From the NCBI GenBank assembly GCA_026417625.1, contig JAOACW010000002.1, positions 139,237 through 203,236 on the forward strand: 64,000 nucleotides of DNA, given 5' to 3'. The notes beneath the pieces were generated by a model. That model did no database searches and was not told the origin of the DNA. It saw only the letters and a program-made list of their open reading frames with translations. This DNA is from Syntrophales bacterium (GTDB lineage: Bacteria; Desulfobacterota; Syntrophia; Syntrophales; UBA8958). Positions 1-9,157 of this stretch are shown here, piece after piece (within the stretch, counting starts at the first letter, position 1; each line of letters begins with the position of its first letter). The position numbers were made by a program, and so were the translations under genes.

Positions 1-2
1 TT

Positions 3-389
3 GTAAAAGAGCAAGAGTTTCGCACGCCTGAAGAAGGTGCTCGTACAAGGAATAAAAGGGTATTTATCCCAAGGGTAGATATTTATGAGAGCAAAGATAG
101 TATTGTGCTCTTAGCTGATATGCCTGGTGTTGATGTGGATGACGTGGATGTTACTTTAGAAAAGAATACTCTCACGATCCGGGGCAGCGTGAAACCCATG
201 TCCTTTGAAGGATTGGATTTGGTATATTCGGAATATGATGCGGGAGATTATCAAAGGTCGTTTAGTGTGCCAGAGGATGTTGATCGGGAGAGAATTGAGG
301 CTACGGTAAAGAACGGTGTTCTGAGACTTGTGCTTCCTAAGAGTGAAGCAGCAAAAGCTAAAAAAATAGCCATAAAGGTTGAAAACTAA
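3..389 (+). CDS. Hsp20/alpha-crystallin small heat-shock protein, 5'-truncated by the window edge
   Basis: The frame is open from nt 3 (..FIPRVDIYESKDSIVLLADMPGV..). The alpha-crystallin domain therefore begins upstream of the GTG at 105 in the ORF track. C-terminal ..GVLRLVLPK.. is typical of Hsp20. Confidence 0.85.
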   Translation, partial: VKEQEFRTPEEGARTRNKRVFIPRVDIYESKDSIVLLADMPGVDVDDVDVTLEKNTLTIRGSVKPMSFEGLDLVYSEYDAGDYQRSFSVPEDVDRERIEATVKNGVLRLVLPKSEAAKAKKIAIKVEN

Positions 390-409
390 GCGAAGGAGGT
401 GAAGTAACT

Positions 410-910
410 ATGTTCGGCAAATCACTGCTACCTTCCATTTTCGGAAACAGAGGAGTTACCATCAGAAGGGAAGAAGAACATCCCTTCTATAGATTACAGA
501 GAGAGTTGAACCGCTTGTTCGATGATTTCTTCCGAGGATTTGGGTCAGTTACACCATTTGAAGGGGAGTTTGGACGTTTTGTCCCTTCAATTGATGTAAG
601 AGAGGATGAGAAGGAGTTTGTTGTTCAGGCAGAATTACCGGGCATGGATGAAAACGATGTAGAGGTGCTCCTTACGGATGATACCCTGACCATTAGAGGA
701 GAAAAGAAAGAGGAAAAAGAGGATAGGAAGAAAGGGTATTATCATGCGGAGCGCACCTACGGTGCATTTTCGAGGACCATCCCTCTGCCTGAAGGTGTGG
801 ATACTAAAAAAGCCGAGGCTACTTTCAAAAAGGGCGTGTTGAGTATCACGCTCCCGAAGACTGATGAGGCCCGCTCACGGGTGAAGAAGATAACTATAAA
901 GTCAGAATGA
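410..910 (+). CDS. Hsp20/alpha-crystallin small heat-shock protein
   Basis: 166 aa with PSIDVREDEKEFVVQAELPGM..GVLSITLPK motifs. GGAGG lies 8 nt upstream of the ATG. Confidence 0.9.
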   Translation: MFGKSLLPSIFGNRGVTIRREEEHPFYRLQRELNRLFDDFFRGFGSVTPFEGEFGRFVPSIDVREDEKEFVVQAELPGMDENDVEVLLTDDTLTIRGEKKEEKEDRKKGYYHAERTYGAFSRTIPLPEGVDTKKAEATFKKGVLSITLPKTDEARSRVKKITIKSE

Positions 911-932
911 GAATGTAAGTGGCAAAAAGTAG

Positions 933-961
933 CCCCCATCTCCTGGGCAGATGGGGGTTTT
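933..961 (+). terminator. Rho-independent terminator after the hsp20 pair
   Basis: Perfect 9-bp stem cccccatct/agatggggg with loop cctgggc, followed by tttt. It lies 23 nt after the hsp20 stop. Confidence 0.8.
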
Positions 962-1195
962 GCTCTATTATAAATCTTTCTCACCGTTTAAGCGTTTTAT
1001 CCAATCTATCATGTACGCGAGAGTATGAGGATTGCGTCATTTTGCTTCAACGACTCGCCTTCATGATACCTGGTTTATTTGACGAAATCGTGAAAATGTT
1101 TAAAAAGGTAATCAGTGATCAAGATTGAGCTCCAAGTTGTTGGTCTGGATAGACATTAGCTTTAGGCAGAAAAGGGGTTATAGAGCCCTATTAAT

Positions 1196-1759
1196 TCATT
1201 CGTAGGGAGAATTTCCCTGACAAGCTCGACATTGGGCACCGTCTTTTGCGGGATATGCTTCTCTACAGGAAGGGCAAATAGAAAAAATATCACTGAAATG
1301 TTCAGTGCGGTACTCTTTTTTTAGCGAAACGGGATGCAATCCGAGTATGGAGGCGCCTGCAGTGACTAGCTCTTGGATAAGAGATTCTGGTATTTTGATT
1401 TTTTCCCTCTTTCCTGTGTACCAGTTGTAGATTTCCGGCCAGTTGGAAATTTTGGAAGTGTCGATGAATACTCGGATACCTTCACCTTTTTTCCTATCGT
1501 AAAACGTGACGGCGAGTCGCCCAAGATCAATTATTTTCATCATACCATTTCCGATTGTGCAGTGTGTTAGAATCTGAATGGCATCCGGAAGGTAATAAGG
1601 GGTTTCACATATTACGTAGTAAGGCTCAGAACCGTAGAAATTTTCCAGTGCTAGCCTTACCATGAAACAACCGAGTATCAACTCCGGTGTCAGATGTCCG
1701 TGGAAGGATCTAACAATTTTCAAGTATTCTTCAAATGAGAAACCGTTCAGTTCTTTCAT
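1196..1759 (-). CDS. FmdE-domain protein with C-terminal zinc ribbon
   Basis: FHGHLTPELILG and DAIQILTHCTIGNG motifs typical of the FmdE family. C-terminal CPSC..x10..CRAC. Confidence 0.75.
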   Translation of the reverse strand: MKELNGFSFEEYLKIVRSFHGHLTPELILGCFMVRLALENFYGSEPYYVICETPYYLPDAIQILTHCTIGNGMMKIIDLGRLAVTFYDRKKGEGIRVFIDTSKISNWPEIYNWYTGKREKIKIPESLIQELVTAGASILGLHPVSLKKEYRTEHFSDIFSICPSCREAYPAKDGAQCRACQGNSPYE

Positions 1760-2289
1760 TTTATTATCTGAAAGATGTCTTTCGCCCGCGGATCATCAGC
1801 GGTTTTTAGAAGTTCAAAGAGGACCATTTCCGTGCTACTGATCATGGCGCCGGCGGAGACCATTCTCTGAATTCCTACCTCTCTGTTTAGAGGGGATCTG
1901 GAAGCTACAGCATCAGCTACCAGGTGAACCTCGTATCCTATCTTCAGAAGATCCAATGCTGTTTGGTAAACACAAACGTGCGCCTCGATACCACAAAGTA
2001 TAACCTGTTTACGGTTATTTGCATGTATGATTTTCATGAAATTGCTATCGCCGCAGCAACTGAATGTACTTTTTACAATAGGCTTTACATCCGGCATTAG
2101 GTCTGTTAATTCGGGGACTGTAGCACCGATCTTAATCTGTTCTGTACAGATGATAGGTACATTCAGTATTCTTATCCCGTTGATTAGTTTTTTGACATTT
2201 GTTAGAAGGGAATCCCGATTGTGCATTGCAAGAAAAAGGTTCCCCTGGATGTCAATGATAAGAAGCAAGCAGTTTTCTCTTTCCAGCAT
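1756..2289 (-). CDS. Isochorismatase-family cysteine hydrolase
   Basis: LLLIIDIQ.. N-terminus and ..ILCGIEAHVCVYQTALDL.. catalytic-Cys region. 4-nt overlap with the downstream FmdE gene. Confidence 0.8.
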   Translation of the reverse strand: MLERENCLLLIIDIQGNLFLAMHNRDSLLTNVKKLINGIRILNVPIICTEQIKIGATVPELTDLMPDVKPIVKSTFSCCGDSNFMKIIHANNRKQVILCGIEAHVCVYQTALDLLKIGYEVHLVADAVASRSPLNREVGIQRMVSAGAMISSTEMVLFELLKTADDPRAKDIFQIIK

Positions 2290-2301
2290 GGTTTAAATAC
2301 C

Positions 2302-3216
2302 TCAAGATAAAGATTTTGGAAGCCCTGCGTGATAAACGGCACTTGTTGTTATGATTCCAGGAATTGATTCCTGCAAATAGTGTGTCACTTTTAAGAGCGC
2401 ATTCAGGTCGATGTCCGTTGCACAGCCCATACTGTTGAACATGAAAACGATATCCTCAGTGGCTATGTTTCCTGTCGCACCTGGAGCAAAAGGGCATCCT
2501 CCCAGTCCTCCAAGGGCGGCATCGAATCGTCTTATACCCATTTCATAGGCTTTGAGTGCATTGGCAAGTCCCAATCCCCGGGTGTTGTGAAGGTGAAGTG
2601 CAAATTCAATTGTCGGGAAGAGCTCAAAACAGAGGGATAGTATTTCCTCCACCAGCGCAGGATGGGCATAACCAACAGTGTCACACAGTGTTATTTTCCT
2701 TATACCAAGAGATACAGTTTTTTCGATGTATTTTACAATTTCATCGTTGGGTATGTATCCTTCAAAGGGACAACCGAAAACGGTTGCCAGAGCCACTGTT
2801 ATATCCACGCTCTTTTCTGTGGCGAACTCTTCTTTGATTACTTTAAGCTCTCTAAGGGATTCATCTCTACTCTGGTTAACATTGTTCTGGTTGTGGGATT
2901 CGCTTAAGGAGTAAAAGAAAACTAGTTCTTTAATACCTTTTGAAACTGCTGTTACTGCCCCTTTCACGTTTGGAACGAGAACGTTTAATTTAGTGTCACC
3001 TAAATCTTTAAGGTTTTCGATTACTTCCTCCATATCACTGAACTGCGGTATAGCCCTCGGGCTTACAAAAGCGCCCACTTGAATTTCCTTTATGCCGCAG
3101 GTAGCGAGCTGTTTTATTAGAGAGATTTTTGTGGCTGTGGGAACAAAAAAATTGAGATTCTGAAGGCCGTCCCTTGGACCCACCTCTATGATTGTAATTT
3201 CACTCCTAGTAATCAT
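2302..3216 (-). CDS. Hydroxymethylglutaryl-CoA lyase-like (HMGL/DRE-TIM) enzyme
   Basis: EVGPRDGLQN.., ..HLHNTRGLGLANALKAYEMG.. and ..GGLGGCPFAPGATGN.. motifs. Confidence 0.85.
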   Translation of the reverse strand: MITRSEITIIEVGPRDGLQNLNFFVPTATKISLIKQLATCGIKEIQVGAFVSPRAIPQFSDMEEVIENLKDLGDTKLNVLVPNVKGAVTAVSKGIKELVFFYSLSESHNQNNVNQSRDESLRELKVIKEEFATEKSVDITVALATVFGCPFEGYIPNDEIVKYIEKTVSLGIRKITLCDTVGYAHPALVEEILSLCFELFPTIEFALHLHNTRGLGLANALKAYEMGIRRFDAALGGLGGCPFAPGATGNIATEDIVFMFNSMGCATDIDLNALLKVTHYLQESIPGIITTSAVYHAGLPKSLS

Positions 3217-3346
3217 CGCGTGTTCTTTTATAAAAGATGTTCGTTATTTTCAAGCAGTATTCTGATAAATTTCCCCTTGACATCGTTTGAATATTTAGGT
3301 ACCCAGTACAACCTCGAAAACTACACGCATCAATTTGGAGGTTCCG

Positions 3347-3616
3347 TTGGCGAAGCATAAATCAGCGATAAAAAGGGCAAGACAGAACGAGCGTAGAAGG
3401 CAGCGCAATGCTGCGGTAAAATCAAGCATCAAAACGGCTATGAAAAAGGTGTTGAACGCTGTGTCGCTGTCAAATAAGGAGGAAGCCAGGAGGCTACTTC
3501 AGGAAGCTATTCCGAAGATTAGCAGGGCAGGAACGAAAGGATATATACACAAACGGAATGCGGCAAGGAAAATTTCAAAGCTGACGAAAAAGGTTAATGC
3601 TCTGTTTCAAACGTAA
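3347..3616 (+). CDS. rpsT: 30S ribosomal protein S20
   Basis: MAKHKSAIKRARQNERRRQRN... The ORF track starts at TTG 3335, but GGAGG (3337-3341) sits 5 nt before the in-frame TTG at 3347, which gives the canonical N-terminus. Confidence 0.9.
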   Translation: MAKHKSAIKRARQNERRRQRNAAVKSSIKTAMKKVLNAVSLSNKEEARRLLQEAIPKISRAGTKGYIHKRNAARKISKLTKKVNALFQT

Positions 3617-3621
3617 TGTAT

Positions 3622-4155
3622 TTAAAACCCGAAAGTCATCAGTTGATACGCCCTTTCTGCTATGTCAGTAGCAAGTTTGGAAATTGATTTCGATCGTGCA
3701 ATTTCCCTTTCAGATAGGGTAACTGCGAAATAGTCCGCCGTTCCCTGAAAGGCAGGATTGGACCATATGATTTCTCCTTTAGATCTGTCTTTGAGTTTAA
3801 CATCGAGGGTGAGATGAAGACGTTCTTCCAGTGCATAGTTTGAGGTTGATTGAGAAAGAGTTGATGACTTCAGATCGACAATTTTTATTTCTAGAACAGC
3901 ATCTGCCTCTTCTGGACAGGCAACAACCTGAAAAATTCCTCCTTTTATGAGCCATTCGATAAATGCTGATTTTATGGTGTTTTCTATGTATGCTTCGTTC
4001 GTTTTATTTACGACAGGTTCTACGTAAATTTTCCGTATGTGTGGAGCTCTGTGAACAGACGCTTCCTTTACACTGTGATATCCGCATGCGCTGAATAGTA
4101 TAGCCGAAATCACCATAATTAGACTCATAACGGAACTTTTTTCTTTACTAAGCAT
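3622..4155 (-). CDS. lptE: LptE-like LPS-assembly lipoprotein
   Basis: Lipobox ..ILFSACGYH.. resembles the LptE signature. Position immediately downstream of leuS (8-nt overlap) is the classical leuS-lptE arrangement. The start could instead be ATG 4128. Confidence 0.65.
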   Translation of the reverse strand: MLSKEKSSVMSLIMVISAILFSACGYHSVKEASVHRAPHIRKIYVEPVVNKTNEAYIENTIKSAFIEWLIKGGIFQVVACPEEADAVLEIKIVDLKSSTLSQSTSNYALEERLHLTLDVKLKDRSKGEIIWSNPAFQGTADYFAVTLSEREIARSKSISKLATDIAERAYQLMTFGF

Positions 4156-6730
4156 CTTTGACCACGATATTGATCAATTTTTTGGGTACGTAGAATTCTT
4201 TCACAATCGTTTTGCCGGCTGTGAATTTCTGAACCCTTTCGTCAGCCAGAGCTAAGGACTTGATGGTGTTCTCTTCTTCGTCTGCGGGAACTGTTATGCG
4301 ACTTCTCACTTTACCGTTAACTTGGACCACTATTGTAATCTCTTCTTCAGTGGCAACTGCTGGATCGTATTCTGGCCAGGGGGTGTTGCACAGCATCTCT
4401 CTCATACCGAGATGACTCCAGAGTTCTTCGGCGAAATGAGGAACAATGGGGGATAGGAGTTTAAGCAGGGTTTCAATGGTTTCCCTTATTACACTTAGGC
4501 CTAAACTATCTGATGGTTTAGGTGTCGCATATAGTGCGTTTACTAGTTCCATAATAGCGCTTATTGCTGTGTTGAAGTGGTACCTATCCTCAATATCCCT
4601 CGTGACTTTTCTCACCGTCTGGTGGGTTTTTTTTCTGAGCGCTTTTATCTCACCTTCAATGGCTTCTGGACTGGAACAGGTTGGAATGTTCTTTATTTCA
4701 TCCAAGTAATCAACAATGATTCTCCATGCACGATTGAGAAAACGAAAGATCCCTTCCACCCCCTGATCGTTCCACTCTAGATCTTTTTCGGGCGGGGCGG
4801 CGAAAAGACAGAACATCCTCACAGTATCTGCGCCGTACTTTTCCACGAGATAATCTGGATCTACCACATTCTTCAAAGATTTGGACATTTTTTCAACTTT
4901 TCCTATTACAACTGGCAATTGACAATGTTTGCATTTACCGTTTTCCACTTCGTACGGGTACAGATATCCATGAGTCGGGCACTTGGTGCTCTCTTTGCAA
5001 ACCATGCCTTGTGTAAGTAAATTTATAAAAGGTTCGTCAAATCCTAGAATCCCGAAATCTCTCAGCACCTTTGTATAAAATCTGGAGTACAGTAGGTGTA
5101 ATATGGCATGTTCAATTCCCCCTATGTACTGATCTACAGGCATCCAGTAATCCAGTTTTTCACGGTCCAGACCAGGTTTTTTGTCGTAATTGGCACAGCA
5201 GAACCGGTTAAAGTACCATGAAGACTCCACAAAGGTATCCATGGTGTCAGTTTCCCTCTTTGCGGGACCTCTGCAGTTTGGACATGAGGTGTTCAGAAAA
5301 GCTTCGTTTTTTGCCAGGGGTGATCCCCCCTCACCTGTAAACTCCACGTCTTTTGGAAGAATAACGGGTAAGTCCTCTTCAGGGACGGTAACGATACCAC
5401 ACTTGTCGCAGTATACTACGGGTATAGGTGCTCCCCAGTAGCGCTGTCTTGAAATACCCCAATCACGCAGACGGTACTGGACCGTTCTTTTACCCAGACC
5501 CATTTTTTCCAGATAGTCAGCAATTTTGTCCATCGCATCTCTATTTTCAAGGCCGTTGAAAGGTCCAGAATTTACGAGAACCCCGTCTCCCTCGTACGCT
5601 CTTTCCATTGTTTGTATGTTTAGGGCTTTTTGGTGAGGTTGTATAACGATGATGATGGGGAGATTGTATTTCCTGGCAAATTCGAAGTCCCTCTGATCGT
5701 GAGCAGGAACGGCCATGACGCACCCTGTGCCGTAGTCTGCGAGAACGAAGTTGGCGGCATAAATAGGCATTTTACGTTTGGTTACTGGATTTAAGCAATA
5801 AGTACCGAGGAAGATACCTTCTTTTTCATAGAAATCGGAGGTTCTTAGAATTTTATCCTGCTTTTTGATCTTATCAACCCATTCTCGAACCTCTATTTCA
5901 CGGTCCTTTCCCTTAACAAGTTCCATGACCAATGGGTGTTCCGCCGCGATCAACATAAAAGTCGCACCGAAAATTGTATCCTGTCGAGTAGTAAACACTT
6001 TAATTTCTCCATTTCCATCGGCCATAGGGAATGTAATTTCGCATCCGTAACTTCTCCCAATCCAATTCTTTTGCATGGTGAGCACACGCTCCGGCCAGCC
6101 TTTTAGTTTGTCGCAATAGTCCAGCAGTTCTTCTACATAGGCGGTTATGCGGAAAAACCATTGTTCTAGTTCACGGATAGTAACTTCACTTGAACATCTC
6201 CAGCACAAACCACCTTCAACTTGCTCATTTGCAAGTACCGTTTGACACTGGGGACACCAGTTGACAAAAGAGGATTTTTTGTACGCTAGACCTTTTTCAT
6301 ACATCCACAGGAAGAATAGCTGTTCCCAACGGTAGTACTCAGGTTCGCATGTGGAAATCTCTCTTTCCCAGTCATAGCTAAATCCTAAACGTTTGAGTTG
6401 TTGCCTCATGGTGGTTATATTTTCGTTGGTCCAGATGGCCGGATGAATCCCATGGGCAATAGCAGCATTTTCAGCGGGCATTCCAAAAGCATCCCATCCC
6501 ATGGGATGTAACACGTTAAACCCTTTCATTTTTTTGTAACGGGCAATTACATCACCGATTGTGTAGTTGCGCACATGCCCCATATGGATTTTACCTGAGG
6601 GATAAGGGAACATCTCGAGAAGGTAGTACTTAGGTTTTGAAGTGTCCTCTTCAACGTGAAAGGTTTTGTTCTCCTCCCATATTTTTTGCCATTTCACTTC
6701 AATTTCTTGAGGATTATAACGGAGGTTCAT
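4148..6730 (-). CDS. leuS: Leucyl-tRNA synthetase
   Basis: 860 aa with [11 protein letters not shown] (HIGH) and KMSKS motifs and a CP1 editing region. Confidence 0.97.
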   Translation of the reverse strand: MNLRYNPQEIEVKWQKIWEENKTFHVEEDTSKPKYYLLEMFPYPSGKIHMGHVRNYTIGDVIARYKKMKGFNVLHPMGWDAFGMPAENAAIAHGIHPAIWTNENITTMRQQLKRLGFSYDWEREISTCEPEYYRWEQLFFLWMYEKGLAYKKSSFVNWCPQCQTVLANEQVEGGLCWRCSSEVTIRELEQWFFRITAYVEELLDYCDKLKGWPERVLTMQKNWIGRSYGCEITFPMADGNGEIKVFTTRQDTIFGATFMLIAAEHPLVMELVKGKDREIEVREWVDKIKKQDKILRTSDFYEKEGIFLGTYCLNPVTKRKMPIYAANFVLADYGTGCVMAVPAHDQRDFEFARKYNLPIIIVIQPHQKALNIQTMERAYEGDGVLVNSGPFNGLENRDAMDKIADYLEKMGLGKRTVQYRLRDWGISRQRYWGAPIPVVYCDKCGIVTVPEEDLPVILPKDVEFTGEGGSPLAKNEAFLNTSCPNCRGPAKRETDTMDTFVESSWYFNRFCCANYDKKPGLDREKLDYWMPVDQYIGGIEHAILHLLYSRFYTKVLRDFGILGFDEPFINLLTQGMVCKESTKCPTHGYLYPYEVENGKCKHCQLPVVIGKVEKMSKSLKNVVDPDYLVEKYGADTVRMFCLFAAPPEKDLEWNDQGVEGIFRFLNRAWRIIVDYLDEIKNIPTCSSPEAIEGEIKALRKKTHQTVRKVTRDIEDRYHFNTAISAIMELVNALYATPKPSDSLGLSVIRETIETLLKLLSPIVPHFAEELWSHLGMREMLCNTPWPEYDPAVATEEEITIVVQVNGKVRSRITVPADEEENTIKSLALADERVQKFTAGKTIVKEFYVPKKLINIVVKDA

Positions 6731-6873
6731 GGTTGCCTCCCTGAAAGAGATTTTATTTTGACATCCGTAGCATATATGCAGGCGTAATTCAATATATACA
6801 ACTAATCGTGTTGTTGAAATTTCCTCAGTGATTTTGTTTATGCGAGGTCGTAATGGGTTGAGAGCTTAGAGCA

Positions 6874-8052
6874 TCAAACACCCGCTGCCTTTCTAAGAAT
6901 CTCAACCATGTCTGTTCTTTCCCATGGATAATCATCGAGGAAGAAGGTGACTGGGATTCTTCTGTAGATATCTCCGTTGAGGAGATCAAAACGCTCAATC
7001 ATCGCTCCGGGACGGAGATCAAATAGTTCAGATACAATTTTGTCAAGCTGGCGATCAGGGATTATTCCTGTTCCAAATGTGTTTACGTATATTGAGAATG
7101 GTCTAGCTATACCTATGGCGTAAGACAATTGTACTGAACACTTTTGTGCCAATCCTGCAGCAACAATGTTTTTTGCCACGTAGCGAGCTCCGAATGCAGC
7201 AGAGCAATCCACCTTCTCCGGCGACTTGTTAACCACTGAACCACCGCCAACCTGTGCTCCTGGATATCCTCCGTAAAAATAGACAACCAACTTGCGGCCT
7301 GTTACACCTGAGTCGGCAGCGCTACATGAGTTTACCGCCTGCCACTCACCGGTGGGATTGAACAAAAATTCTGTTTTTTTATCCACCCATTCCTTAAGGC
7401 ATGTGAAGGCAATTTTTTTAGCTTTTTCTTTCACCTTCTCTTTATTTCCCTTTACAAATCTGTAATCTACAGCATTGGAAACAAGCACTTTGACTAACCT
7501 TTTTGGCTTTCCTGTTTTATCGTCGTATTCAACCGAAACCTGCCCTTTACCGTCGGGTGCAAAAACAGGATCACCACACCTTTCAAAAGCTCTCATAAGT
7601 CGGCTAACCAACACGTATGGTAATGGCAATAACTCCGGCGTTTCGTCACAGGCGAAACCATACATTATGCCTTGGTCGCCTGCCCCCACCTCTCTTTCTA
7701 CGTTGTGCTCCATGCTAGTACCCAGGTTTATATCGGGGGATTGGGGTATAATTGCATTTAACACCCCCATTACATTGCCGTCGAGCCCCACGGCTGAGCT
7801 GTTGTAACCTATTTTTAGAACCGTTTCTCTAGCAATCCGCTCAACCTCCACATTTACCCTAGTTCTTACTTCACCACCAACTAGGCATAATCCTTTCCCG
7901 AGGAATACCTCGAGACCACAATGAGGCATGTTTTGCAAAGACAACCCCAATTGCTTTTCTTTGTCGAGGATATCAGCAATGATATGGGCAGCTATCATAT
8001 CAGCGACGATGTCAGGATGACCAATCTTTACGCTTTCTGCTGTAATTTGCAT
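6874..8052 (-). CDS. metK: S-adenosylmethionine synthetase (divergent MetK)
   Basis: GHPDIVAD, GAGDQGIMYGFA, ..TGRK.., ..ARYVAKNIVAAGLA.. and ..FDLRPG.. align with MetK. Several otherwise conserved positions differ (see findings). Confidence 0.85.
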   Translation of the reverse strand: MQITAESVKIGHPDIVADMIAAHIIADILDKEKQLGLSLQNMPHCGLEVFLGKGLCLVGGEVRTRVNVEVERIARETVLKIGYNSSAVGLDGNVMGVLNAIIPQSPDINLGTSMEHNVEREVGAGDQGIMYGFACDETPELLPLPYVLVSRLMRAFERCGDPVFAPDGKGQVSVEYDDKTGKPKRLVKVLVSNAVDYRFVKGNKEKVKEKAKKIAFTCLKEWVDKKTEFLFNPTGEWQAVNSCSAADSGVTGRKLVVYFYGGYPGAQVGGGSVVNKSPEKVDCSAAFGARYVAKNIVAAGLAQKCSVQLSYAIGIARPFSIYVNTFGTGIIPDRQLDKIVSELFDLRPGAMIERFDLLNGDIYRRIPVTFFLDDYPWERTDMVEILRKAAGV

Positions 8053-8182
8053 TTTTTAATCCTCCTCAGGGGTAAATAAAAAACCCGCACCAAAGCACGG
8101 GTTTAAACTGTGTATTTTAGCTTGGTGCTTTAGCACATTTATATAGCGGAGCAAGTTACCCTTAAATCACCGCTGTGTGAGC
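8053..8182 (-). promoter_or_regulatory. About 130-nt metK 5' leader with mutually exclusive terminator/antiterminator pairings (candidate riboswitch or attenuator)
   Basis: Reading the minus strand 5'->3': a 5-bp stem AGCGG..CCGCU enclosing 20 nt, then the hairpin GUGC-UAAA-GCAC, then the terminator. GCACCAAG (8121-8128) can pair with UUUGGUGC (8087-8094) of the terminator. Confidence 0.5.
8075..8101 (-). terminator. Intrinsic terminator inside the metK leader
   Basis: Minus-strand RNA CCCGUGC-UUUG-GUGCGGG (5 GC pairs and 2 GU pairs), followed by UUUUUUAUUU. The GU pairs mean the stem is intact only in the minus-strand transcript. It lies about 25 nt upstream of the AGGAGG RBS. Confidence 0.65.
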
Positions 8183-8210
8183 ACATTACCACATGGAGGA
8201 AGTATGTCAA
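8183..8210 (-). promoter_or_regulatory. Sigma-70-type promoter for metK
   Basis: Minus strand TTGACA (8210-8205), 16-nt spacer, TAATGT (8188-8183). Confidence 0.55.
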
Positions 8211-8232
8211 GGAAAATTAGCCAGAGTGGATT

Positions 8233-8658
8233 CTATTTTTCCATCTTGCTGTATATCGCATCAAGTATACCGTTTATAAAGGCTCCCGAGTTTTCCGTCC
8301 CGTAAAGTTTTCCGAGGTCAATAGCTTCATTTATGGTTACTTTAGGTGGAATGTCATTACAGTAGAGCAACTCGTATACTGCCATTCGGAGTATACATCT
8401 ATCTACTACCGCCATGCGACTTATTGTCCAATGTTCTGAATAGTTGCCTATAATGGAATCTATTTCGTCACGATGTTCCCATACGCCCTGGACGAGTCTG
8501 AGGGAAAAATCACGGATGTCCTTCCCATCACTGATATCCTCTGGAATCCCATATATTTGGAAATAGAGTTCGAAGGCCTCTTCTACATCTCTGTTGTAGA
8601 TATCCAAACTGTAAAGGATCTGGAGGGCAATTTCCCTCGACCTTCTCCTGCGGTGCAT
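8233..8658 (-). CDS. nusB: Transcription antitermination factor NusB
   Basis: 141 aa with RRRSREIALQILY.. and ..AVYELLY..DIPPKVTINEAIDL... It follows ribH, as in many bacteria. Confidence 0.93.
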   Translation of the reverse strand: MHRRRRSREIALQILYSLDIYNRDVEEAFELYFQIYGIPEDISDGKDIRDFSLRLVQGVWEHRDEIDSIIGNYSEHWTISRMAVVDRCILRMAVYELLYCNDIPPKVTINEAIDLGKLYGTENSGAFINGILDAIYSKMEK

Positions 8659-8671
8659 CGAAGTTGTGCAT

Positions 8672-9139
8672 TTAAATCTTTCTGAAAAGATCTACCATTT
8701 CGATTGCCGTTATGGCGGCATCCCAGCCTTTATTGCCCGATTTTGTACCCGCTCTTTCGATGGCCTGCTCAATGGTATCCGTTGTTAAAACACCGAAAGC
8801 TATTGGTATCTCTGTTTCCAGGGTTACGTTGGCTATTCCTTTTGAAACCTCAGCCGCTATGTATTCGAAGTGCGGCGTAGCACCACGGATTATGGCTCCG
8901 AGACAAATGATTGCATCAAAACGTCCACTTTTTGCTAACTTTTTTGCAACGAGTGGGAGTTCAAAGGCTCCTGGGACCTTAACAATATAGAGGTCTTTCT
9001 CCTCTGCTCCTGCTCTTGTAAGGGCGTCGATCGCTCCTTCGATGAGGCGCCCGCTGATAAATTCGTTGAAGCGACTCGCCACAATGGCGAATTTCATTCC
9101 TTTAGCAACGATTTTCCCTTCCACAGTTTTTACAGGCAT
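8672..9139 (-). CDS. ribH: 6,7-dimethyl-8-ribityllumazine synthase
   Basis: ..[12 protein letters not shown].., ..VPGAFELP.. and ..[15 protein letters not shown].. motifs. Confidence 0.95.
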   Translation of the reverse strand: MPVKTVEGKIVAKGMKFAIVASRFNEFISGRLIEGAIDALTRAGAEEKDLYIVKVPGAFELPLVAKKLAKSGRFDAIICLGAIIRGATPHFEYIAAEVSKGIANVTLETEIPIAFGVLTTDTIEQAIERAGTKSGNKGWDAAITAIEMVDLFRKI

Positions 9140-9157
9140 GTTTATTGACCTCTGATT

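Noticed and set aside
919-1128. 69-aa ORF after hsp20 (plus the 757-984 antisense ORF)
   Set aside because: It starts with GTG inside the hsp20 terminator hairpin (933-961), has no SD and no recognisable motif. It is most likely non-coding spacer.
4446-6050. Multiple 60-90-aa ORFs antisense to leuS. Similar antisense ORFs sit inside metK, ribBA, glyA, fabF, fabG, alaS, recA, cinA, AOR, the activase, M16, ftsI, murE/F/D and others.
   Set aside because: All lie entirely within, and opposite to, long ORFs with unmistakable conserved protein motifs. They have low-complexity, Ser/Pro/Arg-rich translations typical of antisense frames.
6731-6873. Possible T-box or other leader upstream of leuS (also looked upstream of gltX and alaS)
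   Set aside because: No specifier-hairpin/T-box (AGGGUGGNACCGCG-like) sequence and no terminator hairpin. alaS and leuS have little or no free upstream space, and only a short palindrome (gcatatatgc) is present.
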